Positions 20,101 through 30,331 of a stretch of 64,000 bases of DNA are shown here, in pieces. Below the pieces are notes generated by a model that saw nothing but the letters and a program-made list of their open reading frames with translations, had not been told where the DNA came from and searched no databases. The stretch is from Epithemia pelagica (Eukaryota; Protista; Bacillariophyta). Both the position numbers and the translations under genes were made by a program. The DNA is taken from positions 3,224,001 through 3,288,000 of the forward strand of contig OX337229.1 of assembly GCA_946965045.2 (NCBI GenBank), written 5' to 3'. Position 1 is the stretch's first letter. The number at the start of each line of letters is the position of its first letter.

Positions 20101-20350
20101 TCGGTGAGCCAATGAAGCTGCCTCACGAAGAATCTGTAATCGTTGATGTTGGGGGTACAATATGTTGATAGTGCCACGTGAGATTCAATATATGCTGAGT
20201 CTCCATTTTCGAGCAACAGAACGTACCTCACACCACGACAAGTTATCGTATGAGTTCCCACCAGCAGTCTCATCACCATAACTCGATTCAGATTCTTGAG
20301 GTCGTGTCAAGGGAGAATTTGTCGATTCACCTTTCGTTGGGCTGTTGCTA

Positions 20351-20381
<31 letters not shown>

Positions 20382-20532
20382 TGGCTTGATCACGCTCTTT
20401 CTCGATCAGTCGACTCTGATTCCTATCGAGCATATATATATCCTCAAAGAGTGGCCGTCGACAGGCCTTTCGAAGAGCTTTAACAATCTTCGACACGTTT
20501 CCATCATGTATTTCTGTCGGCATGTGTTGCAT
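17116..20532 (-). CDS. Integrator complex subunit 7-like protein (intron 20134-20226; start uncertain)
   Basis: WDLYRLACFAMTVGDFSFAKQGFANL..EDHMLWISALEHVACAESLL resembles the INTS7 conserved block, plus FQSRYLLLR and PFPRDFY. GTACGT...TACAG intron joins ...SWCE|ILREAA in frame. Confidence 0.65.
20351..20380. repeat. (GTT)10 microsatellite encoding poly-Thr in the INTS7-like first exon
   Basis: Ten tandem gtt units read directly. Confidence 0.9.
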
Positions 20533-20852
20533 AGAAAAGGTTTTGTAGCTTTCTGATACACGGGATGCGGGATAGACGAAGCGGGCATGGGCATGGTGGA
20601 TACTCGTAGATATGGTCCATGATAGGAGAAAAGTACATGATGTCTTTTGTTCCTAACTTACCTACTCCTACTTTAGCTACCTCTCGCCCCCAAGAGCGAC
20701 TCAAGCGAGAACTCTATGTGAAAATCGCCACTGAAGAGTGGTGTGGTCAGTGGTTGGTGCAAGGGTGAGTTTTTTTTGCTCCGCGTGGTCAGTTCTTTCT
20801 TCTTTGCGCATAGCACATTCCAGAATCTTTTGTCGACCCCACAATCATCACA

Positions 20853-23800
20853 ATGGGGTTGCCAATCGTGATAGGTTCCAAGTCAGTCTCAAGTCGTCCG
20901 ATTGTCACACAGAATTCCTCATCCGAAAGCGATGACCATCCGACTGGAACAGAAACAACAATCCGATATGCACTGCCCGTCCCGAATTCTGCGCGAGCGA
21001 GTCCTTCACCACTGGTGGCCTATGCTGTCACGCACAGTGGCGATAACTTTACCTCCAAGCACTGGTTGTACGAATTGCAAGCATTGGTGAGGTTGGATTT
21101 CTATGCATTGGAACCAAAAGAGAATGGAAGTGATCAGGACCATGGCAAGAAAGAATCCAAGTCCCATTGTGCAGTAGTGGCTGAGTTCTGCATTCAAATT
21201 GCCCCCGCGGCAGAGCCACTCTCCACACAGCAATACCGCGAAACGAGGTACACGGTGCCTCTTCCGATTCCCTGGTCCGACAAATTGGCTTACCCTGACC
21301 CTCGCACGGTCAAGAGTAACAGCAGTTCCCTTATTGCTCATTTCAGCAGTGATCGAAGATCGCTCATTTGCGTCTTTGGGTTGCCCCTGGAAGATCCTTC
21401 CAGTGGTTCATCAAACCTTGTCCCGAGCAACACCATGACTGTGCTGTTTCCGCTACGTCGGATTCCCCCGAGACCCTATGCAGCCCCACAACAGCCTCCA
21501 CCACTTCCGTCTTATCTTGTAGGGACAAGCAGTGCAAGCAATCAAACGACGGAGGATACGAACAAAACGAACAAGACAATGCTTCCTTTGGCAGCCGCTC
21601 CAAAACCAATTCTGGACGACTTAAGACAGGAACCCATTGACAATATAACCTGTCTTTGCAACATTTCCTTGCAGGATGAGGGGAAGAAGTCGTTCGTATT
21701 GGTGGGCGATGGGAATGGGAACATTCGCGCCATAACAGAGCATCCATTGTCCGTATCCAAGCCTGTTCCATTGCTCCAATCCACAACATTGCTCGACCAT
21801 GACCATACTGAAACCAACAAGGAAGATCACAATGAACTAGAAATAATACATTCTGTTACAGAGGGTTGCGAGGATGACTGCTATAAAGGCAATCTTGCTC
21901 TTTGTCATGTCGATGGCAAAATCAGCCTTTGGAATTGGCAACTTTGGAGAGGACCCAGCGAGAACTCGGAAAATGGTATACTCAAGGAAATTCCAGTTCA
22001 TCTCGACGGTTCTGGTACTCTATGGGATTTTAGTCTGGGGTCTCTGTTATGGAGAGTCCCACAGGCAAATGAACGAGTGGAGCGCATACGGTGGGTCACA
22101 CCTTGGCATCTCGCCTGTCTTTATGCCTCTTCGAGTCACACCAATTGCGTTGCTGTGAGAGTCTGGAGCTGGGTAGATGAAAATGATGATGTTGAACCAG
22201 TGGAACGAGCAACGCTCGCTCTGAAAAAACAGGAGCTCATGGAAACCGCAACTTCCACGTTTGTTCTTCCGGATACAGAGAACTCTGGCAATCTTGTAGC
22301 ACGCGTACAATCTCAGTTGGATTATGATGCTTCTACAGATTGTCTTTTGATTAGTTCGGCGTTTAAAGTGGAGACCCCAAATCATAAGGGAACAACCATG
22401 ATCCAAATCCCGTTTGTAACAATATGGAATTGGAGATTAAATGTGAGAGGATTCACGTTGCACCATGCCAATACGTCGGGCGCTCTGGGAATCAGCACAG
22501 TCATTTCGCAGCTGATTCTGGCTCGTGACACTCGGGGTCGTCCACGCCTTGCTCATGTCTTGTCCAATCACCATTCGCCGCATTGCAGAATACTCAAAGA
22601 TCTGTATGAAACAGGTACTCTTTCCCCACTTTCGCAACACCGACATTTTCGTTACTACAAACCAATTGTTCCGCAAACTCCGTTACTTTTAACTCATCAG
22701 TCCGTTTCCTATCCTCATGCCTCGAAGCTCACTGTTACTGAAGACTATCAGATTGAATGGAAAGATGCCATGATTCCAACCGAAAATGATTTTTATCACC
22801 ACGAAAATTTTGGTGAAAGCAATGCTCCCATCCTGGCCTGTATTGGAAAAAGAGGTCTTTCTATTGCCGTTGCAGGACAAAGGTATGGTCTTTGGGTACT
22901 GGAAGAGCCGTCGACTACGGATCAAGGAACAACAACTAGAAAGCGGCCGCGGTGGCACCGATTCTCGAACGACCTGAATGAAAGATCATTCCGTGTTGTT
23001 GCGATGGCCTGGTGGGAAGGACGAACGGATGCAAAGGAGGACTTTATGGCGGAAGATCTGCTTGTTGCTGTTGTGGCAGTTTCTCAAGGAGGCCAAGATG
23101 CGCTGACGGCGCATTACTTGTCCTGCTGGTCTCCTTCTCGTTTGGATCTACAGCATCAACTCTTCAGACAAGTTTCCAAAGAACCTCATATCGGACACGA
23201 TTCTCAGTGGGGCATCCGATTAGCGGATGACATATTTTCCGTATCCATCAGTATCTTGGAAGAACCAACGGAACATGGCACCGCTAGCCAAGGGTCGCCT
23301 CGAAAGGCGATGATTCTTCTCTCCAATGATTCGTTAGCAAAGGACTTCATGGTTTTCCAGGCGCAATTGGTGCGAAGATCACAATCATCCGCAGTGACCT
23401 ACAGTGAGAAGCAACCCTGTGCAGCATTGATCCGCTGTGTGGGTGAATATAACTTGGGATACCCTTCCGATCTGTTTCTTGCCGGAGGATCGTTTGCCTT
23501 TGATCTCCTTTCCACACGAAAAGGGACAAATCAGTCAGATCTCCTGGATTACGTTGCCACGATTGGTGCTATTCGGCGAGGCAGCACCGGTTTCGATGCA
23601 ATAGCAGTCTCGGCGTCCGAAGTATTTGCCATTGAGTCGGTTCCGCTTCCATCTTGTTCACACTCCCACTTCGTTGAGGTTACAACCTACTGGCTTTCCG
23701 AAGTTGCAGCGATGCTTCACACGTTTGTATGGACACTGCAACTATCCGATGGTTCCTTGATATGTTGGTCCGTTCCGTTTTGCGCAACTGTTGAGGATCA

Positions 23801-25493
23801 TGCTGCTTTGGTACAAAATGTCAGTTCCGCAAAAGGCTTGTGGACGACAGAAGGCGATTGTCAGACGTTGGTCGAGAGTTGCAATCTCCTCTTGGGGAGC
23901 CTCTGCAAGACGGGTAGCACTGAGACCTGGATGCAGTTGTCCAGTACAACGTCCAAGCAAGAATTTCCGCTTGGGCCTCTCCCAGGTTCAGATTCTGGTG
24001 TTGTTCTTGTTTCTGGCCAGATGTGTCGTAAGCTTCATCGCCAACTTGGACAAGATTTTGAAAAAGACGACTTCAGCGCTGACTTTCTGGGCTATGAGAT
24101 TTTCGGTCCCTGCGATTTTCTTCTATTTCCACCTGCCATTGTGAGTGCATTGTACATGTTTCTACAAAACCCTGATGCAGTTCATGTCAAACAACACCTG
24201 CTCTGGAGACTCGGATCGTATCCGTTCCTTGATTCCGCCATCATTGTACTTCGTTTATTGGCTCTTCGTGCCGTCGAAATTCACGCCTCGACATCTTCGT
24301 CCAACCGATCTGTATTGAAATCAGTGACGATGCTTGTTCGAGATCTCGTATCACCCCTCAAGTTTGCTACTTTTTTCCTAGAACTTGGGCGACAACTGGA
24401 ACCAAAGTGTTTCGATCATCTGCATCCCTTACCAGATCCTCACATGCAGGAACTCTCTGACCTGATAAACACAATTCTAGAATCAGGATGCCTCGAAATA
24501 TCTGTTGCATCTTTACCACTGTTGGAGGATCGTTTACACTCGAGTGCACTCTGTACGTTCATACTCAATCACTGCTTGCATAAGCTTACAATTCCAAGTG
24601 GCCAAATTTTTCCAGAAGAAGAGGCGAGAATCACGCCAGACGTCTTCCGTTATGGACTGAAACTGTCGGATCCCGACGGCTACGATGAGGAATTGAACAC
24701 AGACCAACTTAGCGAAGCTATCAATGACTCGATGGCAAATGATTCGATAAGGTCGCAACGGAATGAATGCATCCAGGATGACGAAGAAACACCCTATACT
24801 GAAAGCAATGGAGCGTCCTACTTCTGTGGTCTTTCTAAATTCTTCGGTCCATCACGGCGGCCGAACATTGAAAAGAAAGCAACAATGGATGCTGCTTCAT
24901 CTACCAGTGACAATGGTTTTGACTTTGACGTTAACGATGATGTCGAGTTGGTGAAGCCCCTGACAAATGAGGGACCTGCGTCAATAGTGAGTCCAAGCCC
25001 AACTGCCGCAGGTGTTGTGGCACGTCATATGCTGCGGCCCATATTTACAAAAGGTCTTCCAGACTGGCCAGAGGTGGGACGCATCTCAGAACTTGTTCTT
25101 GGTTCCAGGGCTTCTATCAGTGGCGTAAAATCATGCAGCGATGAACACTTTTTTGCCTTGCTGAAGCAAACCAAGGTTTCTGCGTTTGAATCTTGGGTGC
25201 CTAAAGGTGCTTCTGCATCTGAAGAAGTAGATCGATTCTTGATCCAGAACTTGACGATATGCCCCCAAGCGCTTACTATCGATGCGGCAAAGGCTGCGTA
25301 CGAGCTCGTCTTTGTCTTGCTCGCATACGAGGATGTATGTGAAGATATGCACGAGGAAGTTCCTGGCCTTCTTCTCCTTACCCTGGTTGTTGGCCACTGC
25401 GTCGATTGTGTTCAAATTTTTACGGAGGGCAATAGGGGTGAAAGCTTTCTGATCAAACGGTTCCGGAAAGCCCTTCATAGACTTGCAAGATGA
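20853..25493 (+). CDS. RIC1: RIC1-like RAB6/Ypt6 GEF subunit
   Basis: 1546-aa ORF with beta-propeller-like N-terminal region, IAVAGQRYG, RWHRFSNDLNERSFRVVAMAWW and FLELGRQLEP, matching RIC1 blocks as recalled. Confidence 0.72.
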   Translation: MGLPIVIGSKSVSSRPIVTQNSSSESDDHPTGTETTIRYALPVPNSARASPSPLVAYAVTHSGDNFTSKHWLYELQALVRLDFYALEPKENGSDQDHGKKESKSHCAVVAEFCIQIAPAAEPLSTQQYRETRYTVPLPIPWSDKLAYPDPRTVKSNSSSLIAHFSSDRRSLICVFGLPLEDPSSGSSNLVPSNTMTVLFPLRRIPPRPYAAPQQPPPLPSYLVGTSSASNQTTEDTNKTNKTMLPLAAAPKPILDDLRQEPIDNITCLCNISLQDEGKKSFVLVGDGNGNIRAITEHPLSVSKPVPLLQSTTLLDHDHTETNKEDHNELEIIHSVTEGCEDDCYKGNLALCHVDGKISLWNWQLWRGPSENSENGILKEIPVHLDGSGTLWDFSLGSLLWRVPQANERVERIRWVTPWHLACLYASSSHTNCVAVRVWSWVDENDDVEPVERATLALKKQELMETATSTFVLPDTENSGNLVARVQSQLDYDASTDCLLISSAFKVETPNHKGTTMIQIPFVTIWNWRLNVRGFTLHHANTSGALGISTVISQLILARDTRGRPRLAHVLSNHHSPHCRILKDLYETGTLSPLSQHRHFRYYKPIVPQTPLLLTHQSVSYPHASKLTVTEDYQIEWKDAMIPTENDFYHHENFGESNAPILACIGKRGLSIAVAGQRYGLWVLEEPSTTDQGTTTRKRPRWHRFSNDLNERSFRVVAMAWWEGRTDAKEDFMAEDLLVAVVAVSQGGQDALTAHYLSCWSPSRLDLQHQLFRQVSKEPHIGHDSQWGIRLADDIFSVSISILEEPTEHGTASQGSPRKAMILLSNDSLAKDFMVFQAQLVRRSQSSAVTYSEKQPCAALIRCVGEYNLGYPSDLFLAGGSFAFDLLSTRKGTNQSDLLDYVATIGAIRRGSTGFDAIAVSASEVFAIESVPLPSCSHSHFVEVTTYWLSEVAAMLHTFVWTLQLSDGSLICWSVPFCATVEDHAALVQNVSSAKGLWTTEGDCQTLVESCNLLLGSLCKTGSTETWMQLSSTTSKQEFPLGPLPGSDSGVVLVSGQMCRKLHRQLGQDFEKDDFSADFLGYEIFGPCDFLLFPPAIVSALYMFLQNPDAVHVKQHLLWRLGSYPFLDSAIIVLRLLALRAVEIHASTSSSNRSVLKSVTMLVRDLVSPLKFATFFLELGRQLEPKCFDHLHPLPDPHMQELSDLINTILESGCLEISVASLPLLEDRLHSSALCTFILNHCLHKLTIPSGQIFPEEEARITPDVFRYGLKLSDPDGYDEELNTDQLSEAINDSMANDSIRSQRNECIQDDEETPYTESNGASYFCGLSKFFGPSRRPNIEKKATMDAASSTSDNGFDFDVNDDVELVKPLTNEGPASIVSPSPTAAGVVARHMLRPIFTKGLPDWPEVGRISELVLGSRASISGVKSCSDEHFFALLKQTKVSAFESWVPKGASASEEVDRFLIQNLTICPQALTIDAAKAAYELVFVLLAYEDVCEDMHEEVPGLLLLTLVVGHCVDCVQIFTEGNRGESFLIKRFRKALHRLAR

Positions 25494-25558
25494 GAGATGC
25501 GTGACTTGGGCCGAAAACGTCATGTTTGGCATAGCCGTGCAGGTCTTAGAGGAGAGCG

Positions 25559-26252
25559 CTACAAAATGATACAACCACCTTCTCCTGTTTCAACAAGCAA
25601 TCCATCATCTTTCTCGAGTTCCTTCATCAGTGTATGAAACACCTCTGCAACATTTTCCCCAGTGCGACTTGAGCATTCAATGTATGGGACACCCCACGAG
25701 TCGGCGAGCTGTTGTGCTTCCTCATAGCTAACCTGCCGTCGAGTTTCCGCCAAATCACTCATGCTACCAACGATAACACGCGGGACGTCGGGAAAATCGC
25801 CCAATGTATTCACAAGGAGATCATTGACTTGGGATATCTGAACGAAGCTTTTCCGCGATGCGATACTGAATACCAACGCATAACCATGAACTCCCAGTGA
25901 CGCATTTCTGGACAATCGAGAGTATTCGTCCTGTTCAGACAAGAACATTTGCAAGGAACAAATAAAGCCAATAAGTTCATCTCCCAACATGGCAGCAAAG
26001 ATGAACCTTTATCATGTGCCGTTCGCCCTCGTTTTCACCTACCATGCCTGCCGTATCGACAATGTCTGTGGCAAAGTGCACTTTTCGAAATCGAATTGTT
26101 TTGTTGTACGTAGTCTCAATTGTTGGCACGTAGGCATCCGAGAATGTGCCAGTGGTGAAACTGTTGATAATGGATGATTTTCCTACCGAGCGGAAACCGA
26201 GTAAGGCCACCTTCCGATACACGAGCGGTGGATCTTTCCCTTTGTGGCTCAT
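25559..26252 (-). CDS. RHEB: Rheb-like small GTPase (intron 25931-26042)
   Basis: G1 GFRSVGKS with the Rheb-diagnostic Arg; PTIETT effector loop; DTAGM|DEYS; ECSS; C-terminal CAAX CIIL. Confidence 0.9.
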
Positions 26253-26769
26253 CCTCCCAGTCTCGGCATGCTATATCTAATATCTATGGTAAAAGGAGGT
26301 GCAATGCCTTCTCTTCTCCTTCTGTTCAAAGGGTGCATTTTCCACTCTCTGACATCGCGACCCTCCTCCGTATCATAAAGAGGAAAAACCACACAGCGAC
26401 TTAAGCGCGTATCATCGGAGTTTTGCAAACGGAAGACGTGGTGCTATGGAAAACTACCCTTACTATCAGGCCGAATGAGATCGCCTGAGATAATAGAGGA
26501 ATAGCGCTGATGTAGTATGGGGATACAAACGTTCTACTCCTAGGACAAAGAGCCATGCATCCTGCATACACAATTACTTTCTAGCTTTCATACCGACTCA
26601 AAAGGCACCACTATCTACCGCATAAAGTGGTCCAACCAACAATATCGAGGTTTTAATGTCAACCTGGGGACGCAAGGTCAGAAGTTCAGCAGGAACATGG
26701 TTCCGTAATATATGAAAAGTAAACAGCGCAGGAGTTTCAGATTCAGACCAGGAAACAGAATCTCTTCTC

Positions 26770-27924
26770 TCAACCAAATGAAATAACGGCCCAGGCGATC
26801 AGCAGAGCAGAATAGGTAGAAAGAAAGAGAATCGAATCCATGGAACGGTATAGCCGATTGCGCTTGTTGGGAAGTTTTGTCGACATGACACTGTTAGCCA
26901 CCAATTCAAGTCGTTCTGACAAGTAACCATCGGCACAAAGTCGAAGGGCAATATTATCAATCGTTTGAAGAAACTGAAGAGCTGCAAAATTAAGAAATAG
27001 CGGAAGAACCTCCGTGGCTTTGATCAGAATGATAAAATTGACAAAGAGACTGTACATTCCATCCACTCCACGACAAAAATTTGCCACATGGAACTTCCAT
27101 TTGGTCGCGTCGGGATTCTGCATCTTGATTAGTGGAGAGTATTTGATATTGGCCACCATGAAGTACGTAGCAATCAAGTCGTCTTGCATAGCGACTGCAA
27201 CAGGAAGCATAAAAAACTGTGTCACCAAAACCTGTTCCGAGATGTTTTCCGGCTGAGGAATATCCACAGCGTCGAGGGCAAGGAAGGTGTACAAAGTTAA
27301 CTTGAGAATAAAAATGTAAATGCCGTACCAAAATGCCTGACCAAAGACTCGCGAAAGAAAGAACATGTTATATACATCGTCATTGATTTCAACCCATTCG
27401 TTGCGAGTCAGCGTTGTATCGCTCTGATTGCCACCCATGGATTTGACAGAAGACAAGGAGTCCAAGCCCGGCCGACTGCCAATGGAGGTACTGTTGGGAG
27501 TGGGATTGAATTCCACATCTTTGGCTGGGGGCGGAGGACGTTGTGGCATTGGTGGACGCGGGGGTCCGTGTCCATTCTCATACCGACGCTGTTGCTGTTG
27601 CTGTGGAGGAGGAGGAGGCGAACGTTGCGACGGTGGTCGCTGTGCCGGTGGACGAGGATTTATGGGTGGCTGAGGTGGAGACTTGACACTGGTTCGAGGT
27701 TGACCTGCCAGAGGTGGTCCCTGACTGCCACCAACAGATCCTTGTGTGGTAGGTCTTGCCTTCGGCTTCTTTGCGCTAGCCTGTGTTGAAGAACCGACTG
27801 ACGACTCGGACCGAGATGTTTGTGTACCATTAGAAGCTGGAGCTTTTGGCTTGGGTCGCTTAGGTTTGTCGACGCTTGCTCCGGCCTGTTTGATGCTGTT
27901 ACCTGGTTGAGCACCTCCTTCCAT
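26770..27924 (-). CDS. Hypothetical membrane protein, Pro-rich N-terminus and about four hydrophobic segments
   Basis: 384-aa ORF; VAVAMQDDLI and NFAALQFLQTIDNIAL motifs among hydrophobic helices. Confidence 0.75.
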   Translation of the reverse strand: MEGGAQPGNSIKQAGASVDKPKRPKPKAPASNGTQTSRSESSVGSSTQASAKKPKARPTTQGSVGGSQGPPLAGQPRTSVKSPPQPPINPRPPAQRPPSQRSPPPPPQQQQQRRYENGHGPPRPPMPQRPPPPAKDVEFNPTPNSTSIGSRPGLDSLSSVKSMGGNQSDTTLTRNEWVEINDDVYNMFFLSRVFGQAFWYGIYIFILKLTLYTFLALDAVDIPQPENISEQVLVTQFFMLPVAVAMQDDLIATYFMVANIKYSPLIKMQNPDATKWKFHVANFCRGVDGMYSLFVNFIILIKATEVLPLFLNFAALQFLQTIDNIALRLCADGYLSERLELVANSVMSTKLPNKRNRLYRSMDSILFLSTYSALLIAWAVISFG

Positions 27925-28067
27925 GGTGATGGGTCGGTCTCGTCAAACTTCGTACTCTTGTTGCTTATGAATAAAAGGGGAGTTTGGAGTTTGTCAACCA
28001 CGTTTTCTTTCCGTCCAGAAACAATGATCGAGAAAGGCTGAATAGTACACGACAGCGGACACTCTTA

Positions 28068-28778
28068 GGGGGTATGTTATCGGGCGCGCGGAGCATGGGC
28101 GGAGCATGGATGTGGGGGGAGCAATGCATGCTCCACGATGCATGCTCCGCGCGTCTATATTATCGGTGGGCGGATGCAGAGATGCGGAGCATGCGCGGCG
28201 CGCGCGCTCAAAATCCTCGACCGTCACGGAAACGCGTATGGGTCGCCTTAAGTATGGAATCGAAAAGGAAGGAGAAGAGCAACTTTGGGAAGACGATGGC
28301 AAGCAAAGGGGTGGTTTCCGGACACAATAATCATTCCCTTTATAGACTACTTATCATTTAGAGTATCCATTGGATATTTCACCTGTTGTTCTGTTGGCCC
28401 TACGAGCTCATGTGGGAAAGACACGTCAATTTCCATGCTCTACGGAAACACAACCTCCACCATGAGGATGGAAAAGACTCCTAAAGAGCAAGGCAGCAAC
28501 AGTTGGCCGACTATATGTACTTGTCTACAATACTAGTGCCTAGATAGACTCTGTCATCGCTTTTGTCCATGACAAATCCATCATCGGAAGACTTCGACTG
28601 TTCGACGCATTGAGTGTGTGGTGTGTGGGCGCGTGATTTTGCTTCCAACCATGCTCCACCCGCACTCTTCCTCCGCATGTAAATTTTGCGGAGGAAAGCT
28701 CTATATCCGGGTTGGTTTGGCCTTTCTCCGCCCATATCATGCTCCGCACATGCTCCGCGCGCCCGATAATATACCCCC
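28068..28778. mobile_element. MITE, PIF/Harbinger (Tourist)-like, 711 bp, 41-bp TIRs, TTA target duplication
   Basis: 28068-28108 versus the reverse complement of 28738-28778 match 39/41. TIR starts GGGGG; TTA flanks both ends (28065-28067, 28779-28781); no coding capacity. Confidence 0.88.
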
Positions 28779-29411
28779 TTACTCTTGGCCATCACTTTGT
28801 GTCTCCAGTTGATGTCTAGTCGATCTAATCGGACAAAAAATTATCGCCTCAGTGCCGCGCCAACCGGCACCATTCTCCAAGATCTAAAGTACTAAAGAAT
28901 GTCTCACTTGTTCGCGGATAAGGAGGTCTATGCGCGCCAACGCTCTGAATTGTCTAAATAATCCAATCTTCAATCATGACCACGACAAACGAGTGGCGGG
29001 AAAGTTGATGACGTCACAGTATGACAGACAGTGCTACTGCTACAATACGAGTACGCTGCAAACTGCAAATTGTACATCCATGAATACAGTAGACATGTAC
29101 TCCTACTATTGTAGAGACAAGAAAGAAGACAAGGAGAGATGGACAAGTCAAAATGAATGCCGCAGCCCAATGACCATGACCACTTGCGCCAACATGGAAG
29201 AAGGGATGCAACCACCAGAACCACCCGCCCTTGCTCCTGCCCCTTCCAATCCTTCCAAAACATAATTGTTGGACCATGATTTATGTGGCTTTTTGTGGCC
29301 CTACCTAGTAGGGTAAGATTGGTCCGGAGTCAACTACCTAGAGGAGTAGGTAGTCTAGCCAACCTTGGTTTTAGGTTCCCAAAGTTCCAAGGAGACGACG
29401 ACAATGCAACA

Positions 29412-29951
29412 ATGAAGGATCTACCGATCGTCGACATGGAACAGGACAGGGAGGAACCGAGTGTTGACCAAATGGCTTGTAACCAAAAGGACTCATCAAC
29501 TGAAACAGAAACAGCTGAAACACACGACGGGATGCGCACGTTTGAGGAACTTCTTGCAATGTGTCGCCAAACGAAACAAGTAGAATTTAATGACGAATAC
29601 ATGGATCCATTTGAGTGGACAGTGAGAAAGGCGGTCCCTATGCCCGCCGTCTACTACTGGGATGTGTTCGAGGAACAAAACGAGTCTATGAAAAAGGATA
29701 TTCCATGGAAGATCCGTTGGTGGCATAAAATCGTGGGATCCTTAGAAAACACCTCTAATGTTGTCAATCAGTGGGTGGCACTTCCGATTGCAAGGACGCT
29801 AGGTATAACGGATTCTCGCGTGGCATATGTTACTGAGAGCATGACTGAGGAAGAGTTGCAGGAGTCAAAGCGTGTCGTCATTGAACGAAGGCAACGGCAA
29901 CAGATAATAAGTGAGGAACAAGATGAGGCAAACAACAAAGAAACTGCTTAA
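29412..29951 (+). CDS. Hypothetical protein (start uncertain; ORF open from 29283)
   Basis: Open frame with a conserved-looking C-terminal block (WWHKIVGSLENTSNVV..ARTLGITDSRVAYVTESMTEEE). Confidence 0.6.
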   Translation: MKDLPIVDMEQDREEPSVDQMACNQKDSSTETETAETHDGMRTFEELLAMCRQTKQVEFNDEYMDPFEWTVRKAVPMPAVYYWDVFEEQNESMKKDIPWKIRWWHKIVGSLENTSNVVNQWVALPIARTLGITDSRVAYVTESMTEEELQESKRVVIERRQRQQIISEEQDEANNKETA

Positions 29952-30331
29952 GCACTAAGCACATTCGTATCTCGAAACCAACACATTCTTATCTCGAAAC
30001 CAACGAATTGTTTTTCGCTGTCTATTATTCACTGCCATTTTCAATTCGAATTTGAACTACTTCGGAGTAAACCCAAACGTTGAGTCATGGACATGTCCCA
30101 GGCAACGATTGTAGATCTACTAATGTAGTCCATTTCAACCATTGCCTCTCGCGGGGAAAGCCTATGCTAACTAGGGAAGAAATGAGACACATCAACATTT
30201 CAGCTACGACTTTTTGACACCAAAACCTCTCAATCAACCTTCCTCCAACCATTCCATTGCATTCCATTGCCGTCCGTCCAATCCCTCCATCCTGCTCGAT
30301 GCTTCATTTTCGATGTCGAACACCAGATGCA

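Noticed and set aside
28930-29265. 111-aa ORF between the MITE and the 29412 gene
   Set aside because: No domain or compositional evidence; overlapping ORFs in other frames are equally long.
29969-30005. 22-bp-period duplication tatctcgaaaccaac in a 3' spacer
   Set aside because: Two copies only; too short for a CRISPR-like or satellite interpretation.
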